A stretch of DNA of 64,000 bases from Candidatus Omnitrophota bacterium (GTDB taxonomy: Bacteria > Omnitrophota > Gorgyraeia > Zapsychrales > Zapsychraceae): contig JAHFGL010000003.1 of the NCBI GenBank assembly GCA_023247445.1, positions 78,128-142,127 on the forward strand. Direction: 5' to 3'. The number at the start of each line of letters is the position of its first letter. The stretch's first letter is position 1. The notes under the pieces were generated by a model, which worked only from the letters and a program-made list of their open reading frames with translations, ran no database searches and was not told where the DNA came from. A program made the translations under genes and the position numbers. Positions 1-11,105 of this stretch are shown here, piece after piece.

Positions 1-1152
1 CACAAAAAAGTTGATCTGATCACCCTTTCTGATAAATTAAGAAACGATGGCGTTTTGGAGCAAATTGGCGGAGTTACCTACATCTCAATGCTCATTGATT
101 CGGTGCCCACCTCAGCCAATGTGGAGCATTATGCTCGCATTGTTAAGGAAAAGGGGATTCTTCGTAAACTGATTCAGAATGCGACGCAGATTATTAGTGA
201 AAGTTATGATGCACAAGGCAACAGCGAAGATGTTGTTGATACCGCTGAACGATTGATTTTTGAGGTCGCCGATTTAAAACAAAAACAACAATCGTTTCAT
301 ATTAAAGATTTGGTCAAAGATGGTATTGAAACCATTGATAAGCTTTATCAGCGCAAGCAACATATTACTGGGATCCCGACGGGTTTTGCTGAGTTTGACA
401 AAATGACGTCAGGGCTTCAAAAATCTGATTTGATTATTATTGCCGGCCGACCTTCCATGGGAAAAAGTGCCTTTGCTGTCTCCATTGGCGAAAATGTCGG
501 GGTTAAAAGTAAAATGGGTGTTGCTATTTTTAGCCTGGAGATGTCAAAGGAGCAATTGGTTCAGCGTATGTTGTGCTCACAGGCACGTATTGATGCTCAC
601 AAACTTAGGTCAGGTTACTTAGCTTCTTCAGATTGGCCTCTATTAACAAAGGCGGCGGGAAAGTTATCGGAATCACCAATTATTATTGATGATACGCCAG
701 CGATTTCGGTTTTGGAACTGCGCGCTAAAGCAAGACGTTTGAAAGCTAACCACGATATTCAATTAATTATCCTTGATTATTTGCAGCTGATGCGAAGCTC
801 ATCTAAAAGTGAAAGTCGTCAGCAAGAAATTTCAGAAATATCACGATCGCTTAAAGCTTTGTCACGTGAGTTAAGTATTCCAATTATCGCGTTAAGTCAA
901 TTATCTCGCGCGGTTGAATCTCGGCAAGATCATCGCCCACAACTTTCTGACTTGCGCGAATCCGGTGCTATTGAACAAGATGCTGATGTGGTTGTTCTTT
1001 TAATGCGTGAAGAATATTATAATCCGACGGAAGAAAACAAAGGGATCGCCGATATTATTATTGCCAAGCAACGTAACGGTCCTGTAGGAACGATGAAACT
1101 CGCGTTTGTCAAAGAGTTTATGAGTTTTGAAAATCTTGCATATGTTAATTGA
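1..1152 (+). CDS. dnaB: Replicative DNA helicase DnaB (5' partial)
   Basis: Frame is open from base 1. Motifs GRPSMGKS (Walker A), FSLEMS, DYLQL, SDLRESGAIEQDAD, AKQRNGP. No intein. Confidence 0.97.
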   Translation, partial: HKKVDLITLSDKLRNDGVLEQIGGVTYISMLIDSVPTSANVEHYARIVKEKGILRKLIQNATQIISESYDAQGNSEDVVDTAERLIFEVADLKQKQQSFHIKDLVKDGIETIDKLYQRKQHITGIPTGFAEFDKMTSGLQKSDLIIIAGRPSMGKSAFAVSIGENVGVKSKMGVAIFSLEMSKEQLVQRMLCSQARIDAHKLRSGYLASSDWPLLTKAAGKLSESPIIIDDTPAISVLELRAKARRLKANHDIQLIILDYLQLMRSSSKSESRQQEISEISRSLKALSRELSIPIIALSQLSRAVESRQDHRPQLSDLRESGAIEQDADVVVLLMREEYYNPTEENKGIADIIIAKQRNGPVGTMKLAFVKEFMSFENLAYVN

Positions 1153-1177
1153 CATGATCTTTTCTTAAACGTATAAT
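1149..1177 (+). promoter_or_regulatory. Consensus sigma70 promoter for bamA
   Basis: TTGACA (1149-1154), 17 bp spacer, TATAAT (1172-1177); overlaps the dnaB stop. Confidence 0.8.
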
Positions 1178-1203
1178 CAGTCCAATTAAATCCTAAAAAT
1201 AAT

Positions 1204-3534
1204 ATGAAAAATATATTTCGACATCTTTTACCAATTATTCTCTGCGTTAGTTTAGTATCTCTTCCCAAGCATGTCTTTGCTCAAGTCACTGAAGAACCCG
1301 TTGTTGTAGAATCCGAAACAAAAATTGTTAAGGCCATTGATATCCAAGGGAATAAAACCATTAGCGTCGCTACAATTCTTGCAAAAATTAAAACTCGTGT
1401 AGGACAGGAATATCTGCAAACAGTTATCAGCGATGATCTTAAACGTTTGTATAACACGGGCTATTTTTCAGATGTTCGGGTTGACCGAAAAGATCAAGAC
1501 GGCGGACTCAAAGTCATTATCTATGTTGAAGAAAAATCTATTGTCGAGGAAATTACATTCTCTAAACTGCGTTATTATAATTCCAAGTCGTTACTTAAAA
1601 AATTAAAATCTCAAGTAGGAAAATTTTTAGATAATAAATCTTTGCAGGATGATATTCAGACGATTAAAGACCTTTATACTCAAAAAGGACTGACAAAGGT
1701 GGATGTGGATGTCGAGAAGTTTGTTGATGAGGTGACCAATAAGGTGAGTTTGCATTTTGTTGTTAAGGAAGGTAATAGAGTAAGAATCACAAAGATCAAT
1801 GTCTATGGCAATACAGCCTTTAATGACAAAAAGATTTTGAAGGTAATTAAAACCAGAGCCAAGTTTTTCATTAACTCAGGGTATCTTAAAGAAGATGTGT
1901 TGGATGAGGATAAAGAGCGCATTGTTTCTTTTTATGAGCAACAGGGATTTATTGATGCAAAAGTTGAATATACCGTTGATCCAACCTATAAAGGTAACGT
2001 TGAAATCAATTTTCAGATTGAGGAAGGTAAACGATATTCTGTGGGCAGCGTTATTTTAGAGGGAAATGAAATTGTTTCGCAGCGCGAAATTCAAAAAGCA
2101 ATGGAGAATATTAAGGAAGGCAATGTTTTTAGTCGCCAAAAATTGTCTGTTGATATTAGTAATGTCCGTACGTTATATTTTGATCGCGGTTATATCTTCG
2201 CTAATCTTCATGACTCCACATCGTTAGATCCAGAAACAGGTAAAGTTGAAGTCCAGATTAAGATAGAGGAAGGCGGCCCAGCTTATATTGAGAAAGTTAA
2301 AATTCAGGGGAATACCCGTACACGTGATATTGTTATTCGTCGAGAATTAAAGATGTTTCCTGGGGATCGTTTTGATGGACTTAAGTTGCGACGCAGTAAA
2401 GAAAAGTTAACCGATTTAGGATATTTTGAGGATGTTAATTTTGATATTGAGGATACAGCGACACCCGATCGAAAAGATTTAGTTGTTCAAGTTAAAGAGG
2501 CGAAAACAGGGACATTTAGTTTTGGTGGTGGTTTTAGTACGGTTGATCAGGTCATCGGTTTCGTCGAAGTTGAACAACGTAATTTTGATTTTGCCAATTG
2601 GCCTACCTTTACGGGTGGTGGTCAGCATCTTTCTTTGCGGGCTGAGACAGGGTCAACACGAAATAATGTCCAGTTAAGCTTTACTGAACCGTGGATTTTT
2701 GATCATCCTGTTTCTGGGGGATTTGATATTTATAAATCGTCACGTGAGCGTAGTTCGGATACGGGTTATGCCTATGATGAGGAGAGATTAGGCGGCGTTT
2801 TACGGTTTGGTAAACAATTTTCGGAATATATTGCTGGGGGAGTTTCTTATAAAAATGAAAGAGTAAAGATTGATAATTTTGAAGATAATGTTTCAGCTTC
2901 TTTAGCTGCTGAAGAGGGAACAAATACATTAAGTACGGTAGGTTTTAGTCTTACGCGAGACACGCGTGATAGTAAGATTAATCCGACAAAAGGACTTTAT
3001 CTCGAAGGAGATTTGGATGTTGCGGGTGGCGTTTTGGCCGGAGATAAAGATTTTGTCAGAACCCAGGGGAAGGCCAGTTATAATGTACCTCTCGCTTATA
3101 AATCAGTATTAGAAATGCGATTACGAGCAGGGGTTGTGAATGCTTACGGTGATTCCGATACGGTTCCTATTTTTGAGCGTTTTTATGCGGGTGGTGCTCG
3201 AACAATTCGCGGATATAACGAGCGCAAGGTTGGACCTTTAGATAGTGTAACGGGAGGGGCTATTGGAGGGGAAAGCATGGTCGTTGGAAATGTCGAATAC
3301 ACGATCCCCGTTATTGATTTTATTAAATTAGCGGCATTTTTTGATACTGGAAATGTTTGGGAAAATGCAGATGAATTAGGTCAAGGGGATATTAAATCAG
3401 GCACAGGTCTTGGTTTAAGAGTTAAAACACCTATTGGTCCTGTGAATCTTGATTATGGTTATCCGTTAAATGATGAACCAGGTGAAACCAGCAGAAGCGG
3501 CAAGTTTTATTTTAGTGTCAGTCGAGGATTTTAA
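1204..3534 (+). CDS. bamA: Outer membrane protein assembly factor BamA
   Basis: Signal peptide, POTRA-like repeats, FYAGGARTIRGY motif, C-terminal barrel ending in F; lies upstream of skp-lpxD. Confidence 0.95.
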   Translation: MKNIFRHLLPIILCVSLVSLPKHVFAQVTEEPVVVESETKIVKAIDIQGNKTISVATILAKIKTRVGQEYLQTVISDDLKRLYNTGYFSDVRVDRKDQDGGLKVIIYVEEKSIVEEITFSKLRYYNSKSLLKKLKSQVGKFLDNKSLQDDIQTIKDLYTQKGLTKVDVDVEKFVDEVTNKVSLHFVVKEGNRVRITKINVYGNTAFNDKKILKVIKTRAKFFINSGYLKEDVLDEDKERIVSFYEQQGFIDAKVEYTVDPTYKGNVEINFQIEEGKRYSVGSVILEGNEIVSQREIQKAMENIKEGNVFSRQKLSVDISNVRTLYFDRGYIFANLHDSTSLDPETGKVEVQIKIEEGGPAYIEKVKIQGNTRTRDIVIRRELKMFPGDRFDGLKLRRSKEKLTDLGYFEDVNFDIEDTATPDRKDLVVQVKEAKTGTFSFGGGFSTVDQVIGFVEVEQRNFDFANWPTFTGGGQHLSLRAETGSTRNNVQLSFTEPWIFDHPVSGGFDIYKSSRERSSDTGYAYDEERLGGVLRFGKQFSEYIAGGVSYKNERVKIDNFEDNVSASLAAEEGTNTLSTVGFSLTRDTRDSKINPTKGLYLEGDLDVAGGVLAGDKDFVRTQGKASYNVPLAYKSVLEMRLRAGVVNAYGDSDTVPIFERFYAGGARTIRGYNERKVGPLDSVTGGAIGGESMVVGNVEYTIPVIDFIKLAAFFDTGNVWENADELGQGDIKSGTGLGLRVKTPIGPVNLDYGYPLNDEPGETSRSGKFYFSVSRGF

Positions 3535-3610
3535 AAAAATTTAACAATCAATAAATATTATTAGAATATTATTCTGATAATATGTCACATGAATAAAGGA
3601 GGAGAATATC

Positions 3611-4141
3611 ATGAGTAAGTTTCGAACATTAATGATTTCTATTTTTGCCGTCGTTTTATTAGCCAGCGTGTCTTATGCGGCTGATTTGAAGATAGGGTAT
3701 GTTGATTTAAGTCGAGTTTTTGATGAGTACCATAAGACTAAGGATTACGACAAAGTTTTAGAAGCAAAGAGTAAGGATTTTGAAAAAGAACGTAATGATA
3801 AGATTGAAAAAGTCAAAGAACAACAAGCCAAATTAGGTTTGTTAGCGGAAGATAAAAAAGCTCCTGTTGAACAAGAAATTGAAAAGTTGAAGACGGATTT
3901 ATTAGAATTTGACCGTCAGAAAAAAACAGACCTAACCAAAGAACGTAATGAGAAAATTCGTGAAATTCTTTTAGAGATCGAAAAAATTGTTAGCGGTTAT
4001 GCTGAAAAAGAAGGGTATACGCTCATTTTAAATGATCGTGTTTTGATTTATGGAGCTCAGACGCTTGATTTAACAGAAAAAGTGATGAAGCTCTTAAATG
4101 AAAATAAACCGGCCGACGACAAAAAAGCTGACAAGAAGTAA
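3611..4141 (+). CDS. skp: OmpH/Skp periplasmic chaperone
   Basis: Signal peptide, KIGYVD, GYTLIL and DLT motifs; position between bamA and lpxD. Confidence 0.9.
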   Translation: MSKFRTLMISIFAVVLLASVSYAADLKIGYVDLSRVFDEYHKTKDYDKVLEAKSKDFEKERNDKIEKVKEQQAKLGLLAEDKKAPVEQEIEKLKTDLLEFDRQKKTDLTKERNEKIREILLEIEKIVSGYAEKEGYTLILNDRVLIYGAQTLDLTEKVMKLLNENKPADDKKADKK

Positions 4142-4153
4142 TTTAGGTGTTGA

Positions 4154-5194
4154 ATGCGAAAAACCTTAGCCGAAATAGCAAAAGTCGTTAAAGGCGAGGT
4201 TGTCGGTGACAAAGCTATAGTCATCACTGGGCTAAGTGGTCTTGAGGAAGCTCAAGAAGGTGATTTAACATTTGTTATTAGTTCTAAATATTTTTCTTTA
4301 GCCCAGAAGACAAAAGCTTCTGCAATTTTAGCTCCTCGTAGCCTAAAAATTCCTGGCAAATCTATTATCTACACAGATAATCCTTCCTTTGCTTTTGGTG
4401 AAGTTGCCTCGATGATAACGGATGATGAAACTCATCGTATTAAGGGAATCCATTCCTCGGCTCTTATATCCAAAAATGTATCTCTTGGAAAAAATGTAGC
4501 CATTGGTCCATATGTCGTGATCGAAGAAGATACAGAGATCGGTGACAACACGATCATCTGTGCAGGGAGTTTTATTGGGCATCATGCAAAAATAGGCAAG
4601 GATTGTTTTATTTTTCCTCAGGTTATGATTCGCGATGGTTCGATGATTGGTGATCGCGTCATGATCCATAGTGGAACAGTGATTGGCTCTGATGGGTTTG
4701 GTTTTGAACAAGTTAAAGGTGTTCACAAGAAAATTCCGCAAATTGGTATTGTTGTTATTGAAGATGATGTTGAGATTGGTTCCAATGTCTGTATCGATCG
4801 AGCGCGGTTTAATAAAACAGTAATCGGCAAAGGAACAAAAATTGATAATTTAGTTCAGATTGGACACAATGTTGTTATTGGGGAAAATTGTATTATTATT
4901 TCGCAAGTTGGAATATCGGGAAGTACTATAATAGAAAAAAATTGTATTTTTGCCGGGCAAGTCGGAGTTGTCGGTCATATTAAAGTTGGCGAAGGGACTG
5001 TCGTTATGTCGCAATCTTGTCTGATGAAATCGACAACCCCCAACAGTAAGGTTTTTGGTTATCCTGCTAAGCCACACTTGCAAGCAAAGAAAATTAATGC
5101 TCATTTACAGCGGCTTCCCATTTATGTTAATAAAATTCAAGAGCTAGAAAAGAAAATTGAAATGCTAGAGTCGAAGTTTAAGGATAGGAAATAA
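4154..5194 (+). CDS. lpxD: UDP-3-O-acylglucosamine N-acyltransferase
   Basis: Hexapeptide repeats; IGSDGFGF and [11 protein letters not shown] motifs. Confidence 0.95.
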   Translation: MRKTLAEIAKVVKGEVVGDKAIVITGLSGLEEAQEGDLTFVISSKYFSLAQKTKASAILAPRSLKIPGKSIIYTDNPSFAFGEVASMITDDETHRIKGIHSSALISKNVSLGKNVAIGPYVVIEEDTEIGDNTIICAGSFIGHHAKIGKDCFIFPQVMIRDGSMIGDRVMIHSGTVIGSDGFGFEQVKGVHKKIPQIGIVVIEDDVEIGSNVCIDRARFNKTVIGKGTKIDNLVQIGHNVVIGENCIIISQVGISGSTIIEKNCIFAGQVGVVGHIKVGEGTVVMSQSCLMKSTTPNSKVFGYPAKPHLQAKKINAHLQRLPIYVNKIQELEKKIEMLESKFKDRK

Positions 5195-6538
5195 ATGTCT
5201 TTATTGGGTGAGAAACAAAAAACAATTAAGGAAGAATGTCGTGTCTCGGGTGTTGGTCTACATACTGGGTCGTCGGTAAATGTTGTCTTTAAACCTTCCG
5301 CAGAGAACACGGGAATTAATTTTATCCGTGTTGATCTTCCATCGCGTCCCGTGATTAAGGCGGACCCTGCCCATGTTTTAGTCGAAACGCCTGTACCACG
5401 TTGCACGACCATTAGTTATGATGGGGCAATGATTCATACCGTTGAGCATTTAATGAGTGTTTTGCGTGGTTTGGGAATTACGAATTTATTGATTGAGTTA
5501 GATGGCAATGAGTTGCCTGGCTTAGATGGCAGCGGGGCTGATTATTTAAATTTATTTAAAAAAGCAGGGATTAAAGAACAAGAGGCTCAGGCCCCATTTT
5601 ATAGGATTCAAGAACCAATTGGCGTAGAGTTGAGCGGTTCCTCCATTTATGTTTTTCCCTCGGATGAATTAAAAATTTCGTATTTACTCGATTATCCGCA
5701 TAATATGTTACGGTCACAATATTTTAATATCACGATTGATCCAACAATTTTTGAACGTGAGATTGCTCCCTGTCGAACATTTTGTTTAGAGAGCGAGGCC
5801 AATGAGTTAAAAGCTGGAGGGTTGGGCAAAGGCGCTAATTTTAAGAACACTCTGGTTGTTGGCCCAGGAGGCGTTATCGACAATCAACTCCGCTTCCCTG
5901 ATGAATTTGCCCGTCATAAAATATTGGATTTTATTGGAGATTTGTATCTGCTGGGAATGCCGATTCGTGGACATGTGTTTGCCGTTAAAAGTGGACACGC
6001 TTTAAATCTGCGACTTTTAAAGAAAATTGTTGAGCAAAAAGAGAAATATTCGCGTAAAGGAATCGTGGTTGGATATGATATTGGTGATAAAAAAGAGATC
6101 GATATCAGTGATATCATGAAAATCTTACCGCATCGTTACCCGTTTTTGTTGGTGGATCGAGTCATTGAGATTGAAAAGGGGAAAAAGGGTATAGGGATTA
6201 AAAATGTTACAATTAATGACAGTTATTTTCAGGGGCATTTCCCAACGCGGCCCATTATGCCTGGGGTTTTGATGATCGAAGCGATGGCCCAGACCGGCGG
6301 GGTTGTTGTCTTGACGAATGAAGATCATCGTGGTAAAGTAGCGTTCTTTATGGCCACCGATAATGTGAAATTTCGTAAAGTGGTCACGCCGGGCGATCAA
6401 CTGATGATGGAGGTCGAAGTTGTGAAAGATAGAACTAAGATTGCCCAAGTTCATGCCGTAGGGAAAGTTAATGGTGAAGTTGTGGTTGAGGCCGATATGA
6501 TTTTTTCCTTCACTGATGCTTCTTATTTAGATTTATAA
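5195..6538 (+). CDS. lpxC: Bifunctional LpxC/FabZ
   Basis: LpxC motifs GVGLHTG, TVEHL, HKILD, followed by FabZ motifs LPHRYPFLLVD and FQGHFP. Confidence 0.95.
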   Translation: MSLLGEKQKTIKEECRVSGVGLHTGSSVNVVFKPSAENTGINFIRVDLPSRPVIKADPAHVLVETPVPRCTTISYDGAMIHTVEHLMSVLRGLGITNLLIELDGNELPGLDGSGADYLNLFKKAGIKEQEAQAPFYRIQEPIGVELSGSSIYVFPSDELKISYLLDYPHNMLRSQYFNITIDPTIFEREIAPCRTFCLESEANELKAGGLGKGANFKNTLVVGPGGVIDNQLRFPDEFARHKILDFIGDLYLLGMPIRGHVFAVKSGHALNLRLLKKIVEQKEKYSRKGIVVGYDIGDKKEIDISDIMKILPHRYPFLLVDRVIEIEKGKKGIGIKNVTINDSYFQGHFPTRPIMPGVLMIEAMAQTGGVVVLTNEDHRGKVAFFMATDNVKFRKVVTPGDQLMMEVEVVKDRTKIAQVHAVGKVNGEVVVEADMIFSFTDASYLDL

Positions 6539-6582
6539 AAAAGTTATTGTTTATCAATCGTCCTCGTTTAGAATAGGGTTAT

Positions 6583-7368
6583 ATGGAAAATTTAAATATT
6601 CATAAAACTGCTGTTGTTGATCGAGCCGCAAAATTATCTCCGGGCGTCAGCGTCGGCCCATATTCGATTATTGATGGTGGGGTTACAATTGGTGATAATG
6701 TCCGCATTGGGGCCCATTGTGTCATTACTGGACAAACAACCATTGGTCGCAATTGCAAAATTTATACTGGAGCCGTCATTGGCAGTGCCCCGCAAGATAG
6801 GAAATTTTCTGCGGATGACAACGTATTTTTAAATATTGGCGAAAATAATATTATTCGTGAATATGTGACAATGAATCCGGGAACGCTTGAGGGTGGTAGT
6901 AAGACAGTGGTTGGAAACGATAATTTAATTATGGCGTATTCACATGTCGCTCATGATTGTGTAATTGGTAACAACTGCGTGATGGCTAATGCGGCAACGC
7001 TCGCTGGGCATGTGACACTTGAAGATAGCGCGGTTGTTGGGGGATTAAGTGCTGTTCATCAATTTGTTCGCGTAGGTCGTTTATCGATTGTTGGTGGATG
7101 CTCAAAAGTTGTCCAGGATATTCCTCCATTCTCCATGAGTGATGGACATCCAGCCCAAGTGCATGGTTTAAACTTAGTTGGTTTAAGACGAGCCCACTTT
7201 ATGAAGGAAACAATTAAATCTCTTAAACACGCATTTAAAATATTATTTTTCTCCGGCCTTGCTAAAACCCATGCTTTAGAACAAATCGTCAGCGAAATTC
7301 CTTCATCTCCAGAGATTGAGCATCTTGTATTTTTTGCTAAAACTTCTGAACGAGGACTTTGCAGTTAA
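6583..7368 (+). CDS. lpxA: Acyl-ACP--UDP-N-acetylglucosamine O-acyltransferase
   Basis: Hexapeptide repeats; HVAHDC, LAGHV, VHQF motifs. Confidence 0.96.
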   Translation: MENLNIHKTAVVDRAAKLSPGVSVGPYSIIDGGVTIGDNVRIGAHCVITGQTTIGRNCKIYTGAVIGSAPQDRKFSADDNVFLNIGENNIIREYVTMNPGTLEGGSKTVVGNDNLIMAYSHVAHDCVIGNNCVMANAATLAGHVTLEDSAVVGGLSAVHQFVRVGRLSIVGGCSKVVQDIPPFSMSDGHPAQVHGLNLVGLRRAHFMKETIKSLKHAFKILFFSGLAKTHALEQIVSEIPSSPEIEHLVFFAKTSERGLCS

Positions 7369-7407
7369 TCAGTTCTCGATACACAAATTAATAGCAAACA
7401 GCTAAGT

Positions 7408-8217
7408 ATGTCAAGTCAACTTCTCGGACTTATCGCCGGAAACGGCAAATTTCCCATTCTTTTCGCCCAGAAAGCAAAATCAAAAAATTACAAGATAGTT
7501 GCCGCAGGCATTAAAGGTGATACGTCATTTCTTTTGAAATTTTTTGTTGATGAATTGGTTTGGTTTAGAGTCGGGGAACTCAAAAAACTTTTTTCTTTTT
7601 TTAAAGAAAGAGGTGTTGGCAAGGTGATTATGGCTGGGCAAGTAAATCCTGATAATTTGTTTGAACAAAATGTTAAATTTGATGAAGAGTTTCAAAAATT
7701 ATTTGATGCTATCAAAGATCGTAAGGCTGATACAATTTTTAGCGCTATTGCCGACAAATTAAAACAACAAAACATGGAGCTCGTTGATTCAACCTTTTTA
7801 CTTGAGGATTATTTGGCGCCAAAGGGAACGTTAACCAAGCGCGGTCCAACGCTTAAGGAGTTAGAAGATATTGAATTTGGTCGAACAATCGCCAAAGCCA
7901 TGGGCGGCCTTGATGTTGGCCAGACCGTTGTAATTAAAGAGAAAGCGATTGTGGCGATCGAAGCGATGGAGGGAACGGATCGCACCATTGACCGCGGGGG
8001 GCGCATCGCCCGAACAGGCGCGGTTGTCGTTAAAATGAGTAAACCAAATCAAGACTTGCGTTTTGATATCCCTGTCATTGGCCCACGTACAATTGAAACC
8101 ATGATCAAGTCAAAAGCCCAGTGCCTTGCCATTGAAGCTGGAAAAACTTTAATTATTGAACGTCCAAAATGCCTTAAGCTTGCCAATCGATTTGGCATTT
8201 GCATTGTTTCTTCTTAG
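7408..8217 (+). CDS. lpxI: UDP-2,3-diacylglucosamine diphosphatase LpxI
   Basis: LGLIAGNG, DVGQT, AIEAMEGTD, QDLRFDIP motifs; directly after lpxA. Confidence 0.9.
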   Translation: MSSQLLGLIAGNGKFPILFAQKAKSKNYKIVAAGIKGDTSFLLKFFVDELVWFRVGELKKLFSFFKERGVGKVIMAGQVNPDNLFEQNVKFDEEFQKLFDAIKDRKADTIFSAIADKLKQQNMELVDSTFLLEDYLAPKGTLTKRGPTLKELEDIEFGRTIAKAMGGLDVGQTVVIKEKAIVAIEAMEGTDRTIDRGGRIARTGAVVVKMSKPNQDLRFDIPVIGPRTIETMIKSKAQCLAIEAGKTLIIERPKCLKLANRFGICIVSS

Positions 8218-8262
8218 TCCTAAAAAAATCATTTCTCGCCGATAAAACGAGCCCTCTTTTGA

Positions 8263-8291
8263 TTGACACTACCTAGCTTTTTCTATATAAT
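8263..8291 (+). promoter_or_regulatory. Consensus sigma70 promoter for lysS
   Basis: TTGACA (8263-8268), 17 bp spacer, TATAAT (8286-8291). Confidence 0.85.
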
Positions 8292-8337
8292 CAAGTTCAA
8301 TATTTTATAATAATATTATTAATTAAGGATAGTTTTC

Positions 8338-9810
8338 ATGGAAGTTGAAGAAATTAAAAGAGTTAGGTTAGAAAAATTACAGCATTTACGAGCGCAAGGA
8401 ATTTATCCGTATGGGGGGAAGTTTGACTTCACCACATCCATTGCGGATGCGCTCGCCAATTTTCAGGAAGGTAAAGAGATTATTGTAGCCGGCCGTATCC
8501 TGGCCAATCGCAGCCACGGGAAAGTTGTTTTTATTGATTTGATGGATCAAACCGGCAAGATGCAGCTTTTTATTAAGCATGAAGTTATTGGTGAGAAATT
8601 ATTTAATCTTTGTAAAGATTTAGATATCGGCGATATTATTGGCGTTAAGGGACCGCTTTTTACGACTAAGACTGGCCAGCAAAGTGTGCGTGTGGCTGAC
8701 TTTAAACTTCTTTCTAAGTCGCTGATGTGTATGCCAGAAAAATGGCATGGGTTAAAGGATGTCGAGATCCGTTATCGTCAACGTTATTTGGATATGATCG
8801 CCAATCCAGAGGTTCGTAATCTTTTTATTAAGCGAAGCAAGATTGTCAGTTCCATTCGAGCGTTTTTAGACAAGCAAGGATTTCTCGAGGTGGAAACCCC
8901 GATGCTTCAACCAATGGCGGGTGGTGCGCGCGGTAGACCGTTTAAGAGTTTGCATAATGCATATGATATGGAAGTTTTTTTACGTATCGCGCCAGAATTA
9001 TATTTGAAAAGACTTTTGGTTGGCGGCTTGGAACGTATTTATGAAATTAATCGTAACTTTCGTAATGAAGGAATCTCGACGCGCCATAATCCTGAATTTA
9101 CGATGATTGAGGTTTATCAGGCTTATGGTGATTTTGAAGACATGATGAAGTTAACCGAAGAGATGATCAGTGGTCTGGCCAAAGAAATCACAGGATCTTA
9201 CAAAGTTGCGTATCAAGGACATGAAATTGATTTTACACCCCCCTGGGAACGCCGCTCGTTTGCAAAAGTGATCAAAGATAAATTTGATATCAATCCCGAG
9301 GATGATGCCAAGACGATGCTTGATAAAGTTAAAGCACGTAAAGGGGTGAAGGTAAAGATTGATAAGCTGACGCGTTCGGCGGTTATGAAGATCGTTGAGG
9401 ATTTACTCGAAGAGGAAAAGATTATCAATCCAGTTTTCTTTACGGATTATTTTACATTTTTGTGTCCACTGGCGAAAACATTGCCGGACAATCCAGCAAT
9501 TTCACAACGGTTTGAATGTTTTATTGCGGGGATGGAAATTGGCAATGCTTATTCCGAGCTTAATGATCCGATTGAACAGAGAAAGCGTTTAGAAGAAGAT
9601 TTGGAAGATGATGTCGAAACAGGCAACCGTGTTATTGATGAAGATTTCTTACATTCGCTTGAATATGGCATGCCACCGGCGGGTGGTTTGGGAATTGGGA
9701 TTGATCGATTGGTTATGCTTCTAACAGATTCAGCCTCGATTCGTGATGTCATTTTATTTCCGCTTCTTAAACCTCTTCAAGAGAAGAAAGAAAAAGAAGA
9801 TAACGTTTAA
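8338..9810 (+). CDS. lysS: Lysine--tRNA ligase (class II)
   Basis: RYRQRYLD, FRNEGISTRHNPEF, YGMPPAGGLGIGIDRL motifs. Confidence 0.97.
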   Translation: MEVEEIKRVRLEKLQHLRAQGIYPYGGKFDFTTSIADALANFQEGKEIIVAGRILANRSHGKVVFIDLMDQTGKMQLFIKHEVIGEKLFNLCKDLDIGDIIGVKGPLFTTKTGQQSVRVADFKLLSKSLMCMPEKWHGLKDVEIRYRQRYLDMIANPEVRNLFIKRSKIVSSIRAFLDKQGFLEVETPMLQPMAGGARGRPFKSLHNAYDMEVFLRIAPELYLKRLLVGGLERIYEINRNFRNEGISTRHNPEFTMIEVYQAYGDFEDMMKLTEEMISGLAKEITGSYKVAYQGHEIDFTPPWERRSFAKVIKDKFDINPEDDAKTMLDKVKARKGVKVKIDKLTRSAVMKIVEDLLEEEKIINPVFFTDYFTFLCPLAKTLPDNPAISQRFECFIAGMEIGNAYSELNDPIEQRKRLEEDLEDDVETGNRVIDEDFLHSLEYGMPPAGGLGIGIDRLVMLLTDSASIRDVILFPLLKPLQEKKEKEDNV

Positions 9811-9812
9811 TC

Positions 9813-11006
9813 ATGAATTACGAAAATTGGATTAGTTACCGATATTTGATCGCTGGCAAAGGACGGTTCCTTTCGTTTCTTAATTTTGTCTCGATTGCTG
9901 GCATTGCCATTGGCGTCACCGCACTTATTGTTGTCACAGGTGTTATGACGGGTTTTGGTAATAATCTGCGAGAAAAAATTATTGGCACAACGCCGCATTT
10001 GATGATCGAAAAAGAAACGGGTGTTCCAGATTATGAGAAAATTGTAAATCAGGTCAAATCGATCGATGGCGTTGCCGGCGTATCGACATATGTGCAAGGC
10101 AACATTTTCTTGGAAAATTCTGGGCAGGCGATGGGGCTTGTCATCCGTGGCATTGTTCCTCAGACAGAACGAGAAGTCACAAGAGTTGAACAATATTTAA
10201 CTAAGGGCAAGATCGATGATTTAGAAGGCGATCATATTATTGTTGGTAAAGAATTGGCACGGTATTTTGGTTATGAGGTTGGTGATAAGGTAACATTAAT
10301 TTCTCCCAGCGCTGGTTTATCAGGACAAAGTTGGCATTACCAGTTAACGATTTCAGGGATTTTCAGCACGGGCATGGCGGATTATGATATGAATTTAGTT
10401 TTGGTCAATTTTAAGAAAGCTCAAGAAATTTTTGGTTTGGCTCCCAATATGGCAACCGGCATTGGGGTCAAAGTAAATAATCCCTATCAAGCTAATGAGA
10501 TCAAAGAAAAATTTTACACCCTGTTAGGATACAGTTTTATCGTTAAGAGCTGGATTGATATTAATCGCAATTTGTTTGAGGCGCTCGCGCTAGAAAAATG
10601 GGGATTGTTTATTATCTTAACGCTCATGGTTTTGGTGGCGTCGTTTAATATTATCAGCACGCTGATTGTGACGGTCATGAGCAAAGTTCATGATATCGGG
10701 ATTTTGCAAGCGATCGGTGTTCCCAAGAGTTCTATCCGAAAGATTTTTACAAAGCAGGGAATTTTTATTGGCGGCTTAGGTATTTTTTGGGGACTCATCG
10801 GTGGATTTGGATTAAGTTATATTTTAAAAACATATATTCGTGTTCCCGCACAGATTTATTCCATTGATCATGTGCCAGTTGAGTTGCAACTCTCAGATAT
10901 TTTGATTACGATAACCGCCGCATTTTTAATTAGCTATGCGGCCAGCGTTTATCCAGCGGCGAAGGCAGCTAAACTTGAACCGGTAGAAGCGTTAAGATAC
11001 GAATAA
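9813..11006 (+). CDS. Lipoprotein-releasing ABC transporter permease (LolC/E family)
   Basis: GIAIGVTALIVVTGVMTGF, ASFNIISTL, YPAAKAAKLEPVEALRYE; followed by lolD. Confidence 0.9.
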   Translation: MNYENWISYRYLIAGKGRFLSFLNFVSIAGIAIGVTALIVVTGVMTGFGNNLREKIIGTTPHLMIEKETGVPDYEKIVNQVKSIDGVAGVSTYVQGNIFLENSGQAMGLVIRGIVPQTEREVTRVEQYLTKGKIDDLEGDHIIVGKELARYFGYEVGDKVTLISPSAGLSGQSWHYQLTISGIFSTGMADYDMNLVLVNFKKAQEIFGLAPNMATGIGVKVNNPYQANEIKEKFYTLLGYSFIVKSWIDINRNLFEALALEKWGLFIILTLMVLVASFNIISTLIVTVMSKVHDIGILQAIGVPKSSIRKIFTKQGIFIGGLGIFWGLIGGFGLSYILKTYIRVPAQIYSIDHVPVELQLSDILITITAAFLISYAASVYPAAKAAKLEPVEALRYE

Positions 11007-11015
11007 GATTTTATC

Positions 11016-11095
11016 GTCATTCTGAGGAGCGAAATCGACGAAGAATCTCAAAATACTTAAGAGCTCTGAGATCCTTCGCATTCGCTCAGGATGAC
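11016..11095. repeat. Intergenic GTCAT...ATGAC palindromic (REP-like) element
   Basis: GTCATTCTGAG...GAAGAATCTC and GAGATCCTTCGC...CTCAGGATGAC; same family as the copies at 53038 and 54312. Confidence 0.8.
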
Positions 11096-11105
11096 AGCCT
11101 TTACT

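Noticed and set aside
5195-6538. LpxC-FabZ fusion as a novelty
   Set aside because: Known bifunctional architecture in several phyla.
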